In this document: positions 13,469-21,470 of the stretch, one piece after another | Layout: every line of letters begins with the position of its first letter | Position numbering within the stretch: the stretch's first letter is position 1 | IMG/VR virus record: IMGVR_UViG_3300045988_081598 | Direction: 5' to 3' (one strand) | Source: a virus | DNA: 34,212 nt | The notes under the pieces: model-generated | Told to the model about the DNA's origin: nothing | The model's database searches: none | What the model saw: only the letters and a program-made list of their open reading frames with translations | Translations under genes and position numbers: made by a program

Positions 13469-15566
13469 TTGCAAGCCTCCTTTCGTTGCTTGTGACCCTC
13501 TCACCTAGTTTTCCGTCCACCTTTGACGTGAGCTTGTCACCGTCAAGATAAATGTTTCCTTGCTGTGCAAGCTGTGGGAAGTAGGTCTCTAAGAGGGCGA
13601 TGATCTTGTTCATTGTATCATTACCGCCGTTATTCACGCTCTTTTCGGGGAGTGCCAAAAAGCTTGGCGGTATGATATCCGTATCCATAAGCAGCTGCAG
13701 TGACCTGTTGAACTGCATTGTGATAGTGTCCTCGTTGTCTGCTATGCCTTTTGCAAACAAGTCCATCATATCAGGTGCAAAAGTGTGGAAGTTTGAAAGA
13801 GGGCCCTTGTCAGGTTCAGAAAAGCCGAGAAAGTCCTTAACGCTTGAAGCTACGTCACATACAGTATCTTTAAGGCTCTGCCACTTCTCTTTTATGCCGC
13901 CTATAAACGCCTGTATCATATCTGAACCCCACTCCTTGAAGTCGTTCCACTTTCGTGAAAACCAGTCTGTAAGGTCGATAAGCATATCAGACAAAGCGTC
14001 TGAAACAGGTGCGAAGTAGTCCACCATACCTTGTGCAATGCCCTTGATGAGCTCGACCGCTATAAGTATGCCGTCGGCAAGGATGTCAGGGAGATTTTTC
14101 AGGAGTTCCATTGTAAGCGTGCCGATGATTTCAAGTGCCGATTGAGCAAGCTTTGCCGCCGTATCACTGTCGGAAAGCGACATTGCAAGTGCATCTATTA
14201 TCTGCACTGCGCCGTCTATAATAAGGTCTATGTTATCCACAAGTGCTTCTGCAATAGCGGTCACTATCTGTATCGTGCCGTCAATTATTGCAGGCATACA
14301 ATCTATAACAGCTTGTATAACTGTAGGTATCTGCTCAACAATAGCATTGATAAGGTCTGGTAAAATGGTCGGCAAAGCCTGTGCTATAGTGGTTATGATA
14401 GTTGCCAACGACTGCACAAGAGGACCTGTGTTCTGAATAAGTGCTGTTGCAATAGTTGTAATGGCTGTTATGGCCGCCTGCGTTATCGTGCCGATGTTGT
14501 CAGAAATGCCTTTTACGAGAGCCTGAAATATCTGTGTTTCTGCTTCTATAAGCTGTGGAAGCAGGTCGCTCACAAGCTGCGGAAGCTCGGCCGCTATGTC
14601 AGGTGCAAGCTCACTTATGAGCGTTGTGACCCCTGAAAGAGCCTGCTTTATGACAGGCATAATATTCTTTGCAAAGGTCTTTACTGTACTTACCATTTCC
14701 TTGATAAGATTTTTCAGGTCAGCGTTTTTGTCGCCCATTCCTGCCATAAGGTTTGCCCATGCTGCTTTCACAGAACCAAGAGAACCGGAAACTGTTGTTG
14801 CCGCTTCTTTGGAAGTTGTACCGGTGATGTCAAGGTCGGTCTGTACCTTGTGGATAGCCTCTATCATTTTGTCAAATGACACGCTGTTGACGGTTTTTTC
14901 ATCGACCTTTATCGAATCCCCAAGCACGCCTGAATCGTTGATGAGCCTTGCCATTTCCGCCTGTGTACCGCCATAGCCCAGCTTTAAGTTATCGAGCATG
15001 GTATAGTTCTGCTTTGCAAAGCCCTGATATGCGTTTTGAATAGCTGATATGTCAGTACCCATTTTGTTGGCGTTGTCCGACATATCCACCATTGCTTCAT
15101 TGGCTATCTCAGCCGCTTGTGCAGTATTACCGCCCAAGCCTTGCAGAAGTGAAGCAGAAAAACTTGTGACATTCTGCATATAGTCATTAGCCGATATTCC
15201 TGCGGTCTTGTATGCCTCACTGGCGTACTTTACGATAGTATCAGCGTTGTCCTTGAATAGCGTTTCTATACCGCCTATGTTCTGCTCATAGTCCGCATAT
15301 GCGCTCGCAGAGCTTTTGACTATAGCGCCTATGCCTGCGCTTGCTGCCGATATAGTTGCTATACCAGCTTTTGCGGCAAGTGCAAAGCCCTTTTTGATAG
15401 TGCTTCCAAAACCTGAAACGACCTTGCCGCCAAGAGAGCTTCCAAACTTGTGACCATCGGGCATACTATCCCCGAACGCTCTTCGCAGTTCTGATGCAAG
15501 CCCTTGCATAGACGGAACTATCTGCACATATGCTTTGCCCAGCTGTGTGCCGTTTCCTTCTGCCAT
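13461..15566 (-). CDS. Tape measure protein
   Basis: 701 aa. Gly/Ala/Ile-rich helical repeats, and the position after the chaperone pair. Confidence 0.85.
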   Translation of the reverse strand: MAEGNGTQLGKAYVQIVPSMQGLASELRRAFGDSMPDGHKFGSSLGGKVVSGFGSTIKKGFALAAKAGIATISAASAGIGAIVKSSASAYADYEQNIGGIETLFKDNADTIVKYASEAYKTAGISANDYMQNVTSFSASLLQGLGGNTAQAAEIANEAMVDMSDNANKMGTDISAIQNAYQGFAKQNYTMLDNLKLGYGGTQAEMARLINDSGVLGDSIKVDEKTVNSVSFDKMIEAIHKVQTDLDITGTTSKEAATTVSGSLGSVKAAWANLMAGMGDKNADLKNLIKEMVSTVKTFAKNIMPVIKQALSGVTTLISELAPDIAAELPQLVSDLLPQLIEAETQIFQALVKGISDNIGTITQAAITAITTIATALIQNTGPLVQSLATIITTIAQALPTILPDLINAIVEQIPTVIQAVIDCMPAIIDGTIQIVTAIAEALVDNIDLIIDGAVQIIDALAMSLSDSDTAAKLAQSALEIIGTLTMELLKNLPDILADGILIAVELIKGIAQGMVDYFAPVSDALSDMLIDLTDWFSRKWNDFKEWGSDMIQAFIGGIKEKWQSLKDTVCDVASSVKDFLGFSEPDKGPLSNFHTFAPDMMDLFAKGIADNEDTITMQFNRSLQLLMDTDIIPPSFLALPEKSVNNGGNDTMNKIIALLETYFPQLAQQGNIYLDGDKLTSKVDGKLGERVTSNERRLASV

Positions 15567-15567
15567 G

Positions 15568-15960
15568 TTAGTCCTCCTTTCCTAAGATTTTTCTTCTTGC
15601 TTTCTCGTAATCCTCGCCGCTTTGGAACGCTGTTATCTCGCTGTCGCTCTCGTTTTTGCCTATAAGCTTTTCAGCTATTGACTGCGGTCTGTTCACACCT
15701 TTTTGGCCGTCCTTTGTCTGCGACCAGCATATCCATTGCAGGCGGTCAAATATCAGTGCAAGCAGTATTTCAGAGAACGAACCGCCAACATCATTGAGCT
15801 TGCGCTTGACCCGTGATGAACTGTCAAGACCACACAGAAAAGTCGCCACCTTTCGTGCAGGCAGCGACTTAAAGTCGTATATGTGATAATACTGCGCCAT
15901 ATCGCAATCAAGCTCATCAGGATAGCGCTCCATGACAGCGGCAAGGACTAGGAGTTTTTT
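15568..15960 (-). CDS. Tail assembly chaperone, frameshift-extension part (gpT-like); expressed as a fusion with 15948-16208 by -1 frameshift
   Basis: The -1 frame is open from 15963 through the track ORF 15568-15933. See the slippery site at 15954-15960. Confidence 0.65.
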   Translation of the reverse strand, partial: KKLLVLAAVMERYPDELDCDMAQYYHIYDFKSLPARKVATFLCGLDSSSRVKRKLNDVGGSFSEILLALIFDRLQWICWSQTKDGQKGVNRPQSIAEKLIGKNESDSEITAFQSGEDYEKARRKILGKED

Positions 15961-16208
15961 GTCTTAGGCGTCTGGAAGATCTCCACGATAAGCTTTGTTA
16001 TCTCTTTAGCCGATACATAGCCGCACTTTTCTCTTATCTTCTCAAAAGCTTTTTCTTTCTTGCTTCCAAGAGCGGCGTCAACTACCTTGACATATGCAAG
16101 GGGGTCACCCTGCTCGCACTTGCCGACAGCTTCGATAAACTCATAGTCGTCAAGGGTCTTCTCCTCTATTTCAAACTCAAAACCGCTTTCTGTCTTACCT
16201 GTCAGCAT
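15948..16208 (-). CDS. Tail assembly chaperone (gpG-like)
   Basis: 86 aa, acidic, lying between the major tail protein and the TMP. Confidence 0.7.
   Translation of the reverse strand: MLTGKTESGFEFEIEEKTLDDYEFIEAVGKCEQGDPLAYVKVVDAALGSKKEKAFEKIREKCGYVSAKEITKLIVEIFQTPKTKNS
15954..15960 (-). promoter_or_regulatory. Programmed -1 ribosomal frameshift slippery heptamer A_AAA_AAC
   Basis: The zero-frame codons are aca-aaa-aac-tcc-tag. A shift of -1 gives aaa-aaa-ctc-cta-gtc-ctt-gcc-gct-gtc-ATG..., which reads into 15568-15933 without a stop. Confidence 0.7.
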
Positions 16209-16211
16209 AGG

Positions 16212-16769
16212 TTATTCCCCCTTTTTCATGTACTCATAGTGCGTGTTGCCGTTTTCATCAGGTGTGGCTGTGATAGTCAGCTCATAGCCGATAGCCTCGT
16301 TGTCCTTGTAGGTGATGTCAGATATCTCCGTCACCTTGCCGAACGGAACGACCACTCTTTTCAGTATGTTGTTTTTCAGTATCATATCGAATACAAACGC
16401 CTGATTTTCATGCTCTGCGCTGTTGACTTTGATCGTCAGACCCGTGTCAAGGTCGCCTGAAACATTGCTGTCATTGTAGACAGTTTTCAGCACATCTACA
16501 TTGGTACATTCTATCAGCTTTACCTTGAAAGTGTCCGTTTTTTCTGTCTGTGGTGTGTCAACGATATCTCCGCCCCAGGCTTTGATGTTTTCAGTAGAAA
16601 TGCCCGAACTGTTTGTAACGCCGTCCTCTGAACAGTAGCCCAAGCTCTTGAACGCTTCGTCAAGTGCTGTTGTTGCATCTGTCGGCAGGGTTGAGCCTGT
16701 GGCCGCTGTGAAAACCGCTCCGCCTACCTTTGGCTTGCCTGTTGATACGTTATCTTTGTTGTTTGCCAT
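16212..16769 (-). CDS. Major tail protein (TP901-1/phi13-like)
   Basis: 185 aa. The N-terminus reads MANNKDNVSTGKPKVGGAVFTAATGSTLPTDATTALDEAFKSLGY. Position is upstream of the chaperones. Confidence 0.75.
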   Translation of the reverse strand: MANNKDNVSTGKPKVGGAVFTAATGSTLPTDATTALDEAFKSLGYCSEDGVTNSSGISTENIKAWGGDIVDTPQTEKTDTFKVKLIECTNVDVLKTVYNDSNVSGDLDTGLTIKVNSAEHENQAFVFDMILKNNILKRVVVPFGKVTEISDITYKDNEAIGYELTITATPDENGNTHYEYMKKGE

Positions 16770-16776
16770 AGTATTA

Positions 16777-17118
16777 TCACTCCTCGTAGTAGGTTATATC
16801 AAATACCGCCTGATAGCGGTATCGCTTTGTTTCTGTGTCTGTGTAGTTGTAGTCTGATGTGCATACACAGCGGCATATATCGCCCTGTGACACGCTTTCA
16901 GACATAGCCTTTTTAACTTTTGCGTTAAGTTCTGCCGCCCCGTATAGGCTCGCTGAGTAGCTCTGAACGGCTATGGTGGCAGATGTGATAAAATCATTCT
17001 CTGCCGAGCCTAGCTTGTCGATAAGCACATACTCTTTTGGTGGGTTTTTAGGTTCTTCAAGATAAGCCGAAACGTTAAGCTTTGCTCCCAGCCAGTCAAG
17101 AATTATCTTCTCTATCAC
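16777..17118 (-). CDS. Tail terminator / tail completion protein
   Basis: 113 aa; assigned by synteny (the last neck gene before the major tail protein). Confidence 0.45.
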   Translation of the reverse strand: MIEKIILDWLGAKLNVSAYLEEPKNPPKEYVLIDKLGSAENDFITSATIAVQSYSASLYGAAELNAKVKKAMSESVSQGDICRCVCTSDYNYTDTETKRYRYQAVFDITYYEE

Positions 17119-17372
17119 TTGCCAAGCACCGCCTTTAAAAGTGTGTTATCTCTAAGATTAGCACGCTGAGCCTTCTTGGTTTTAGCCTTGACGATAGCGA
17201 CCTTACGGCGCATTTTCGGGTACCTTGTCCATGTGATAGTATACGCTTTATGCCCCGTGCCGAGCCTCTGAACGGCTCTGTCGGCATAGCCTTTGACCAT
17301 GCTTTCAACAGGCTCAGAGCAAAGAAAAGCCGCAATGCCGTTGTGGTCAAGCTCTATCTTAACTTTACTCAT
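17115..17372 (-). CDS. Neck protein (HK97 gp10-like position)
   Basis: 85 aa; assigned by synteny only. Confidence 0.4.
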   Translation of the reverse strand: MSKVKIELDHNGIAAFLCSEPVESMVKGYADRAVQRLGTGHKAYTITWTRYPKMRRKVAIVKAKTKKAQRANLRDNTLLKAVLGK

Positions 17373-17706
17373 AGCGCTCCACCTTTACTTTCTTGTTCCA
17401 CTTTAAGGGGATATTATCGTCAATGCCCTGCGTAGGGATACCCACAGTTTTGAACGTCATTCCCCAGAACTCGACTTCTGTATTCTCCCATATGTGCGTG
17501 TCGCCTTTCGGGATAGCAAGCACATAAGCTATGCGTTTGCCTGATAGGTTGATCTCGTTCACAACGTCCTCTGCGGACGGCTCGCCTACAAGAACATTGT
17601 CAACAAGCTCCCAGCTATCCTCATAAGTTGGTCTGCCAAAGCCGTCAACGCCTGTCTGCGTCTGCACTTTAAGCTTCACCGAAATTCCCTTTATCATTGT
17701 TCTCAT
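17365..17706 (-). CDS. Head closure / head-tail adaptor protein
   Basis: ORF track 17365-17751. The ATG at 17706 lies 8 nt after GGAGGT. Assigned by synteny. Confidence 0.5.
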   Translation of the reverse strand: MRTMIKGISVKLKVQTQTGVDGFGRPTYEDSWELVDNVLVGEPSAEDVVNEINLSGKRIAYVLAIPKGDTHIWENTEVEFWGMTFKTVGIPTQGIDDNIPLKWNKKVKVERYE

Positions 17707-18100
17707 AGTCATATACCTCCATAGCTCCCCACCTCTGACGAATGATACCAAGCTCTTTCAACTCGTTTTTGAGAAAATATAAAGATTGTCCTGAATTGAG
17801 ATAAGTCATTGACACCGAATAGCCCATAGCTGCCTGAGATGCCTGCATAGCAGGTGGTGCATTATCAGCCGAACAGTCAAGACTTCTCACAACAGCCTTT
17901 GAGATTATCGCCTTTACTGTCAACGCATAGTCTTCATCACTTGTCACAAGGGTATTGACATCAACGCCGTAACGCTTGCCTATAACACGGAGCTTTGCGC
18001 AGGCGGTCTCGATAAGACTATCTGCCGCCTGCTGCTCCTGTGATGTGAGCTTTCGTCCGTATACTGCTATGTCGTCGATAGTGGCATAAACGTTGCTCAT
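17669..18100 (-). CDS. Head-tail connector protein (gp6 / Gp19-Gp15-Gp42-like)
   Basis: 143 aa, immediately after the capsid gene. The N-terminus YATIDDIAVYGRKLTSQEQQAADSLIETA resembles that family. Confidence 0.5.
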   Translation of the reverse strand: MSNVYATIDDIAVYGRKLTSQEQQAADSLIETACAKLRVIGKRYGVDVNTLVTSDEDYALTVKAIISKAVVRSLDCSADNAPPAMQASQAAMGYSVSMTYLNSGQSLYFLKNELKELGIIRQRWGAMEVYDYENNDKGNFGEA

Positions 18101-18996
18101 TCTGTTGCCTGAACGGCCTGAACGGCTGCAAACGCCTTAGGGTCAAGGATAGCAAAGCCGATATAAGCCTCTGTTCTGAGATACACCTCATTGTGACCTT
18201 TCAGATCTCTGCCTGAGTTATCAGGGTCGCCATATGGAATGACCTCCAAAGGAAGTTCCTTAGCATAGCCCCACTTAAAGGCTCTCGCAAAGTCGCCGAC
18301 GATAGCTCTGTCTGTACCCTTATTGAAGTTTACAGTGGAGTTGACGTCACAAGCTGTGCCGTTGAGATTGCCTGGATTTGCACCAAGACCAAACTCAGGA
18401 TACTGCTTTACGCCGTTGACCTTGAGCTTTGCAAGTGCAGAGGCAAAGTCCTTTGAAAGTGCAAAGCCTGTTGCCTCGTAGTCGCCAAGCAGAGCAATAG
18501 CGTCTTCTAGATTGCCCTCAGGGTCTGTGCTGTCAAAATCGACCTTTGCACTATTGTCAGCTACCGCCTTGTCGATATAGTTATTATCCAAAGCAGCGAC
18601 AACAGTTTTCTTTCTTGGATTGATTCCGTGAAAGCCAAGAATGTCGATAGCACGAGCAAACTTGATCGCTGCACCCTCTGCAAATGCTTTCATGACCTCA
18701 AGCTTTTTCTCGTCTGTTCCATAGATGAACTCGTCACTGAAGCGTGCGCCGTATTCTATCTTCAGCGGACGCATCGTCACCTTGCCGAGTTTAGCACTGC
18801 CTGCGGATTTAGCCTCGCTTTCACCGATAACGTCCGCCTCATCGTCCATAGAGAAAACGAAATAGTCATTGCCGTTAAAGGACACAGGATCTCTTCTGCT
18901 GAGCTTTGCAAGGGTGGAATGACCCTTTACTGTTGAAAAAATGCTTGTTACTGTTTCAGGCTCAAGAAGTGTGCCTCTCTTAATTGTTTCTGCCAT
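18097..18996 (-). CDS. Major capsid protein (HK97-fold, no delta domain)
   Basis: 299 aa, following the scaffold gene, with strong codon regularity. Confidence 0.8.
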   Translation of the reverse strand: MAETIKRGTLLEPETVTSIFSTVKGHSTLAKLSRRDPVSFNGNDYFVFSMDDEADVIGESEAKSAGSAKLGKVTMRPLKIEYGARFSDEFIYGTDEKKLEVMKAFAEGAAIKFARAIDILGFHGINPRKKTVVAALDNNYIDKAVADNSAKVDFDSTDPEGNLEDAIALLGDYEATGFALSKDFASALAKLKVNGVKQYPEFGLGANPGNLNGTACDVNSTVNFNKGTDRAIVGDFARAFKWGYAKELPLEVIPYGDPDNSGRDLKGHNEVYLRTEAYIGFAILDPKAFAAVQAVQATE

Positions 18997-18998
18997 GA

Positions 18999-19418
18999 TT
19001 ATTCTCCTTTCAGCTTTTCAAGTGTTTTTCTAAGTGCGTTTTCCGCACTGTTTTTGCTTGGGTCGCCCTCTGCTCTGAAATCAGGGGCATTGTGTGATGT
19101 CTTAAAGTATTTTGACATCTTTTCTGCATCGGCTCTTATAGACTTTTCGTCCTCGCCGCTGAGCCTGTCCGAAAGCTCCGCAGGAAGTCCGTACTCCTGT
19201 GCGGCTCTCAGTTTGCAAAGGCTCTGTTCAGCCGCCTTGCCCTTTGCCGTAAGGTCTGCTATAGTGGTTTCATAGCCCTTGACCTTTTCTGCCATATCAG
19301 CAGGGGAAACATATCCCTCAAACTGCTTTGTGACAGCGTTTGTGTTTTCCTCCAGCTTTGCATTTACTATCTTGTCAAGCTGTTCCTGCGTCGTGACAGG
19401 TTCAAATTCTTCTGCCAT
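18999..19418 (-). CDS. Scaffolding protein
   Basis: 139 aa, helical and charged; lies between TerL and the capsid gene. Confidence 0.7.
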   Translation of the reverse strand: MAEEFEPVTTQEQLDKIVNAKLEENTNAVTKQFEGYVSPADMAEKVKGYETTIADLTAKGKAAEQSLCKLRAAQEYGLPAELSDRLSGEDEKSIRADAEKMSKYFKTSHNAPDFRAEGDPSKNSAENALRKTLEKLKGE

Positions 19419-19438
19419 AATATCATTCCTTTCAAATA

Positions 19439-20860
19439 TCAGTAGCTTATCTTTTGCTTTTTCTTTTCTTTAGCGTTCGCACAGCTCCAATGTGCAAGCA
19501 CCACCGACTCTAACAGCGAAATGTCAGCACCCTCCATAATAGAGCTGTAACCAAAACCTCCGCCTGAGCCTATGGCTCTGTGTTCGCAATTTGAAACAGC
19601 CTGCTCAAGTGCAGGTTGTTCTGCGTGGCATATCTTATCAGCAAACAGACTTTGCTCAAACTGAGCTGACGCCTGCACCACCTCAGCAACCTTTGGCAGC
19701 ACAGCCTTGCACTTAACTCCTGCGTCTTTCATATCACTTTCAAGCACAGCCTGTCCGTTTGCACCGTCTATGGTCACTTGCCTTGCGTGAGGATTTCTGA
19801 GATATGAGATTATCCAGCCGTTCCCCTCTCGCACAGGGCGGCAGTCGATAGCTTCAACGAATATTTTGCCGTCAGAAGTTTTAACAGCAACTGCAAGAGA
19901 AACATTTGCCGTATATCTTGCATACTTAACACCGAAGAACAGTTCAGGCGTGCCTGAAAGTTTTGGTGCTGTATCAAGCTGATAGTTATGCCATTCCTCC
20001 CGGCTTATAGCGGACTTCTGATTGTATCTTAACCACAGACCTAAACGCTGAATATTATCGTCTGTCTGGTCTTTGCCAAGCTCTGAACGTATCTTACGCT
20101 CGGTCAGTATCGTACCGAGTGAGGGATTTGTTTCATACCAAAGTTCAGGGTCATGTGCGTCAGCCATTTCAGGTATGCTCCACTCCGCCCAGCCGCTGTC
20201 AACGTTAGTTCCACTCAGAGTGTCACGGCGGTACTGATAGAACACAGTTCCAGATGATACCGCAGTAGGAGGAGTGCCGCACATCAGTGTCTGAGGGTTT
20301 GCAGAATCGGTAACAACGTATTTCAATGCACTTTCTTGGTCAGCCGTGTACTCCTGAGCCTCGTCTATAATGAGCAGGTCATAGCCCTCACCAAGTCCGC
20401 CTTTTGATGAACGTGTACGGAAGTTGATAAGACCTCCGTCATTATCTTTGAGCCACTCGATACGTTCAAGGCCAAACTGTTTTGTGCTCTTGAAATCCTC
20501 TTTTTCGGTATATCCTGCCTTTGCAAGACGTTCAATGACCTTTTCCCATGCGTTGTGAGAGGTGGTCGTTCTGTGTGCCGTATAAAGAACACGCTCTCCG
20601 TGGATAAGTCCCCAGAGAGCACGCATTATAAGTATTTCAGATTTTCCGTTACGTCTTGGCACGCTGTAGCCGTATTTCATATGCGTCCACAATCCCTCGT
20701 CATTGGTCGCCATTATGTCATATAGCTGTATTTCCTGCCATTCCTGAGCAGTTCTGCCTGTGCTGTTATATAACTCTACAGCCTCGTTGCCCTTAGTCTG
20801 CTCATAAGGCAGGACAAGGGCTGTGGTGGGGGTCTGCCTGCCGACTCTCTTATCCTCAAT
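19439..20860 (-). CDS. terL: Terminase large subunit; the likely start is ATT at 20860 (474 aa) rather than the ATG at 20713
   Basis: Walker A is VPRRNGKSE. The frame is open for 49 codons upstream of the track ATG with no in-frame ATG, GTG or TTG. AAGGAGG lies 9 nt upstream of the ATT, and there is no SD before the ATG. Confidence 0.8.
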   Translation of the reverse strand: MEDKRVGRQTPTTALVLPYEQTKGNEAVELYNSTGRTAQEWQEIQLYDIMATNDEGLWTHMKYGYSVPRRNGKSEILIMRALWGLIHGERVLYTAHRTTTSHNAWEKVIERLAKAGYTEKEDFKSTKQFGLERIEWLKDNDGGLINFRTRSSKGGLGEGYDLLIIDEAQEYTADQESALKYVVTDSANPQTLMCGTPPTAVSSGTVFYQYRRDTLSGTNVDSGWAEWSIPEMADAHDPELWYETNPSLGTILTERKIRSELGKDQTDDNIQRLGLWLRYNQKSAISREEWHNYQLDTAPKLSGTPELFFGVKYARYTANVSLAVAVKTSDGKIFVEAIDCRPVREGNGWIISYLRNPHARQVTIDGANGQAVLESDMKDAGVKCKAVLPKVAEVVQASAQFEQSLFADKICHAEQPALEQAVSNCEHRAIGSGGGFGYSSIMEGADISLLESVVLAHWSCANAKEKKKQKISY

Positions 20861-20885
20861 AGGGAATTACCTCCTTTTGGGTATG

Positions 20886-20908
20886 AAAAAAGCACCCGTT
20901 AAGGTACT
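20886..20908 (-). terminator. Weak terminator-like hairpin just upstream of the terL RBS
   Basis: The minus-strand RNA reads AGUACC-UUAACG-GGUGCU followed by UUUUUCAU (6-bp stem including one GU pair). Confidence 0.35.
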
Positions 20909-20931
20909 TAGTTCCGATGTTTGAACAACTA

Positions 20932-21174
20932 TTATCCTCTAATGACCTTGTTCTCAAATTTCTTGTATGCATCAAGATACCATTCTTTCTTATCACCGTT
21001 ATATGTCAACTCGTAATACATACCGTCAAAGAGAGTACTTGAAAGCAAGTATTTCCAGTTCTGCAATGCCTTGCATTTCCATACTGTATAAACTTCAAAA
21101 TCAGGCTTTATATCTGATTTATCAAGATGTTCTCCAATGTAATCTTTCACAATTTCTATTGCTTTTTCGTCCAT
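20932..21174 (-). CDS. Hypothetical 80-aa protein (bracketed by terminator-like hairpins)
   Basis: ORF track; RBS AAAGGA. Confidence 0.55.
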   Translation of the reverse strand: MDEKAIEIVKDYIGEHLDKSDIKPDFEVYTVWKCKALQNWKYLLSSTLFDGMYYELTYNGDKKEWYLDAYKKFENKVIRG

Positions 21175-21202
21175 AATATCCGTCCTTTCTGATTTTGGGT
21201 AT

Positions 21203-21232
21203 AAAAATACCGCCTCGCCGTAGCGGAGCGGT
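21203..21232 (-). terminator. Intrinsic terminator inside the late gene block
   Basis: The minus-strand RNA reads ACCGCUCCGC-UACG-GCGAGGCGGU followed by AUUUUUAU (9 pairs, 1 mismatch, UNCG-type loop). Confidence 0.6.
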
Positions 21233-21238
21233 TATTAA

Positions 21239-21466
21239 CTAATATTTGAGTTCAGGAGGTAACTGCTTTTCTCGAATGTCTGTCTCTGATACTTCTATAC
21301 GAGAAATATGAAAAGCTTTTTTACAGTCATTGCACCAAACATCTCCATATCCTTTACCACTGCTTATTTCAAGCAATCTGTAATCTGTATTTTCTTGTCC
21401 GCAATATGGGCATTTGCCTGCCTTATGGAGCTGCTTTATACTCGCTAGATTGTCAAGCCATTTCAT
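21239..21466 (-). CDS. Small zinc-ribbon protein (CPYCG...CNDC); candidate immunity partner of the MuF C-terminal domain
   Basis: ORF track 21239-21508. The ATG at 21466 (MKWLDNL) follows AGAGGTGA and lies just after the MuF stop. Confidence 0.55.
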   Translation of the reverse strand: MKWLDNLASIKQLHKAGKCPYCGQENTDYRLLEISSGKGYGDVWCNDCKKAFHISRIEVSETDIREKQLPPELKY

Positions 21467-21470
21467 ACTA

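Noticed and set aside
17135-17350. Nested alternative-frame ORFs on the coding strand (17135-17350, 24407-24634, 20365-20622, 15753-15944, 8223-8417, 32415-32636)
   Set aside because: They are fully embedded in longer, better-supported ORFs of the same strand. They have no independent RBS and have biased Arg/Ser/Leu composition.
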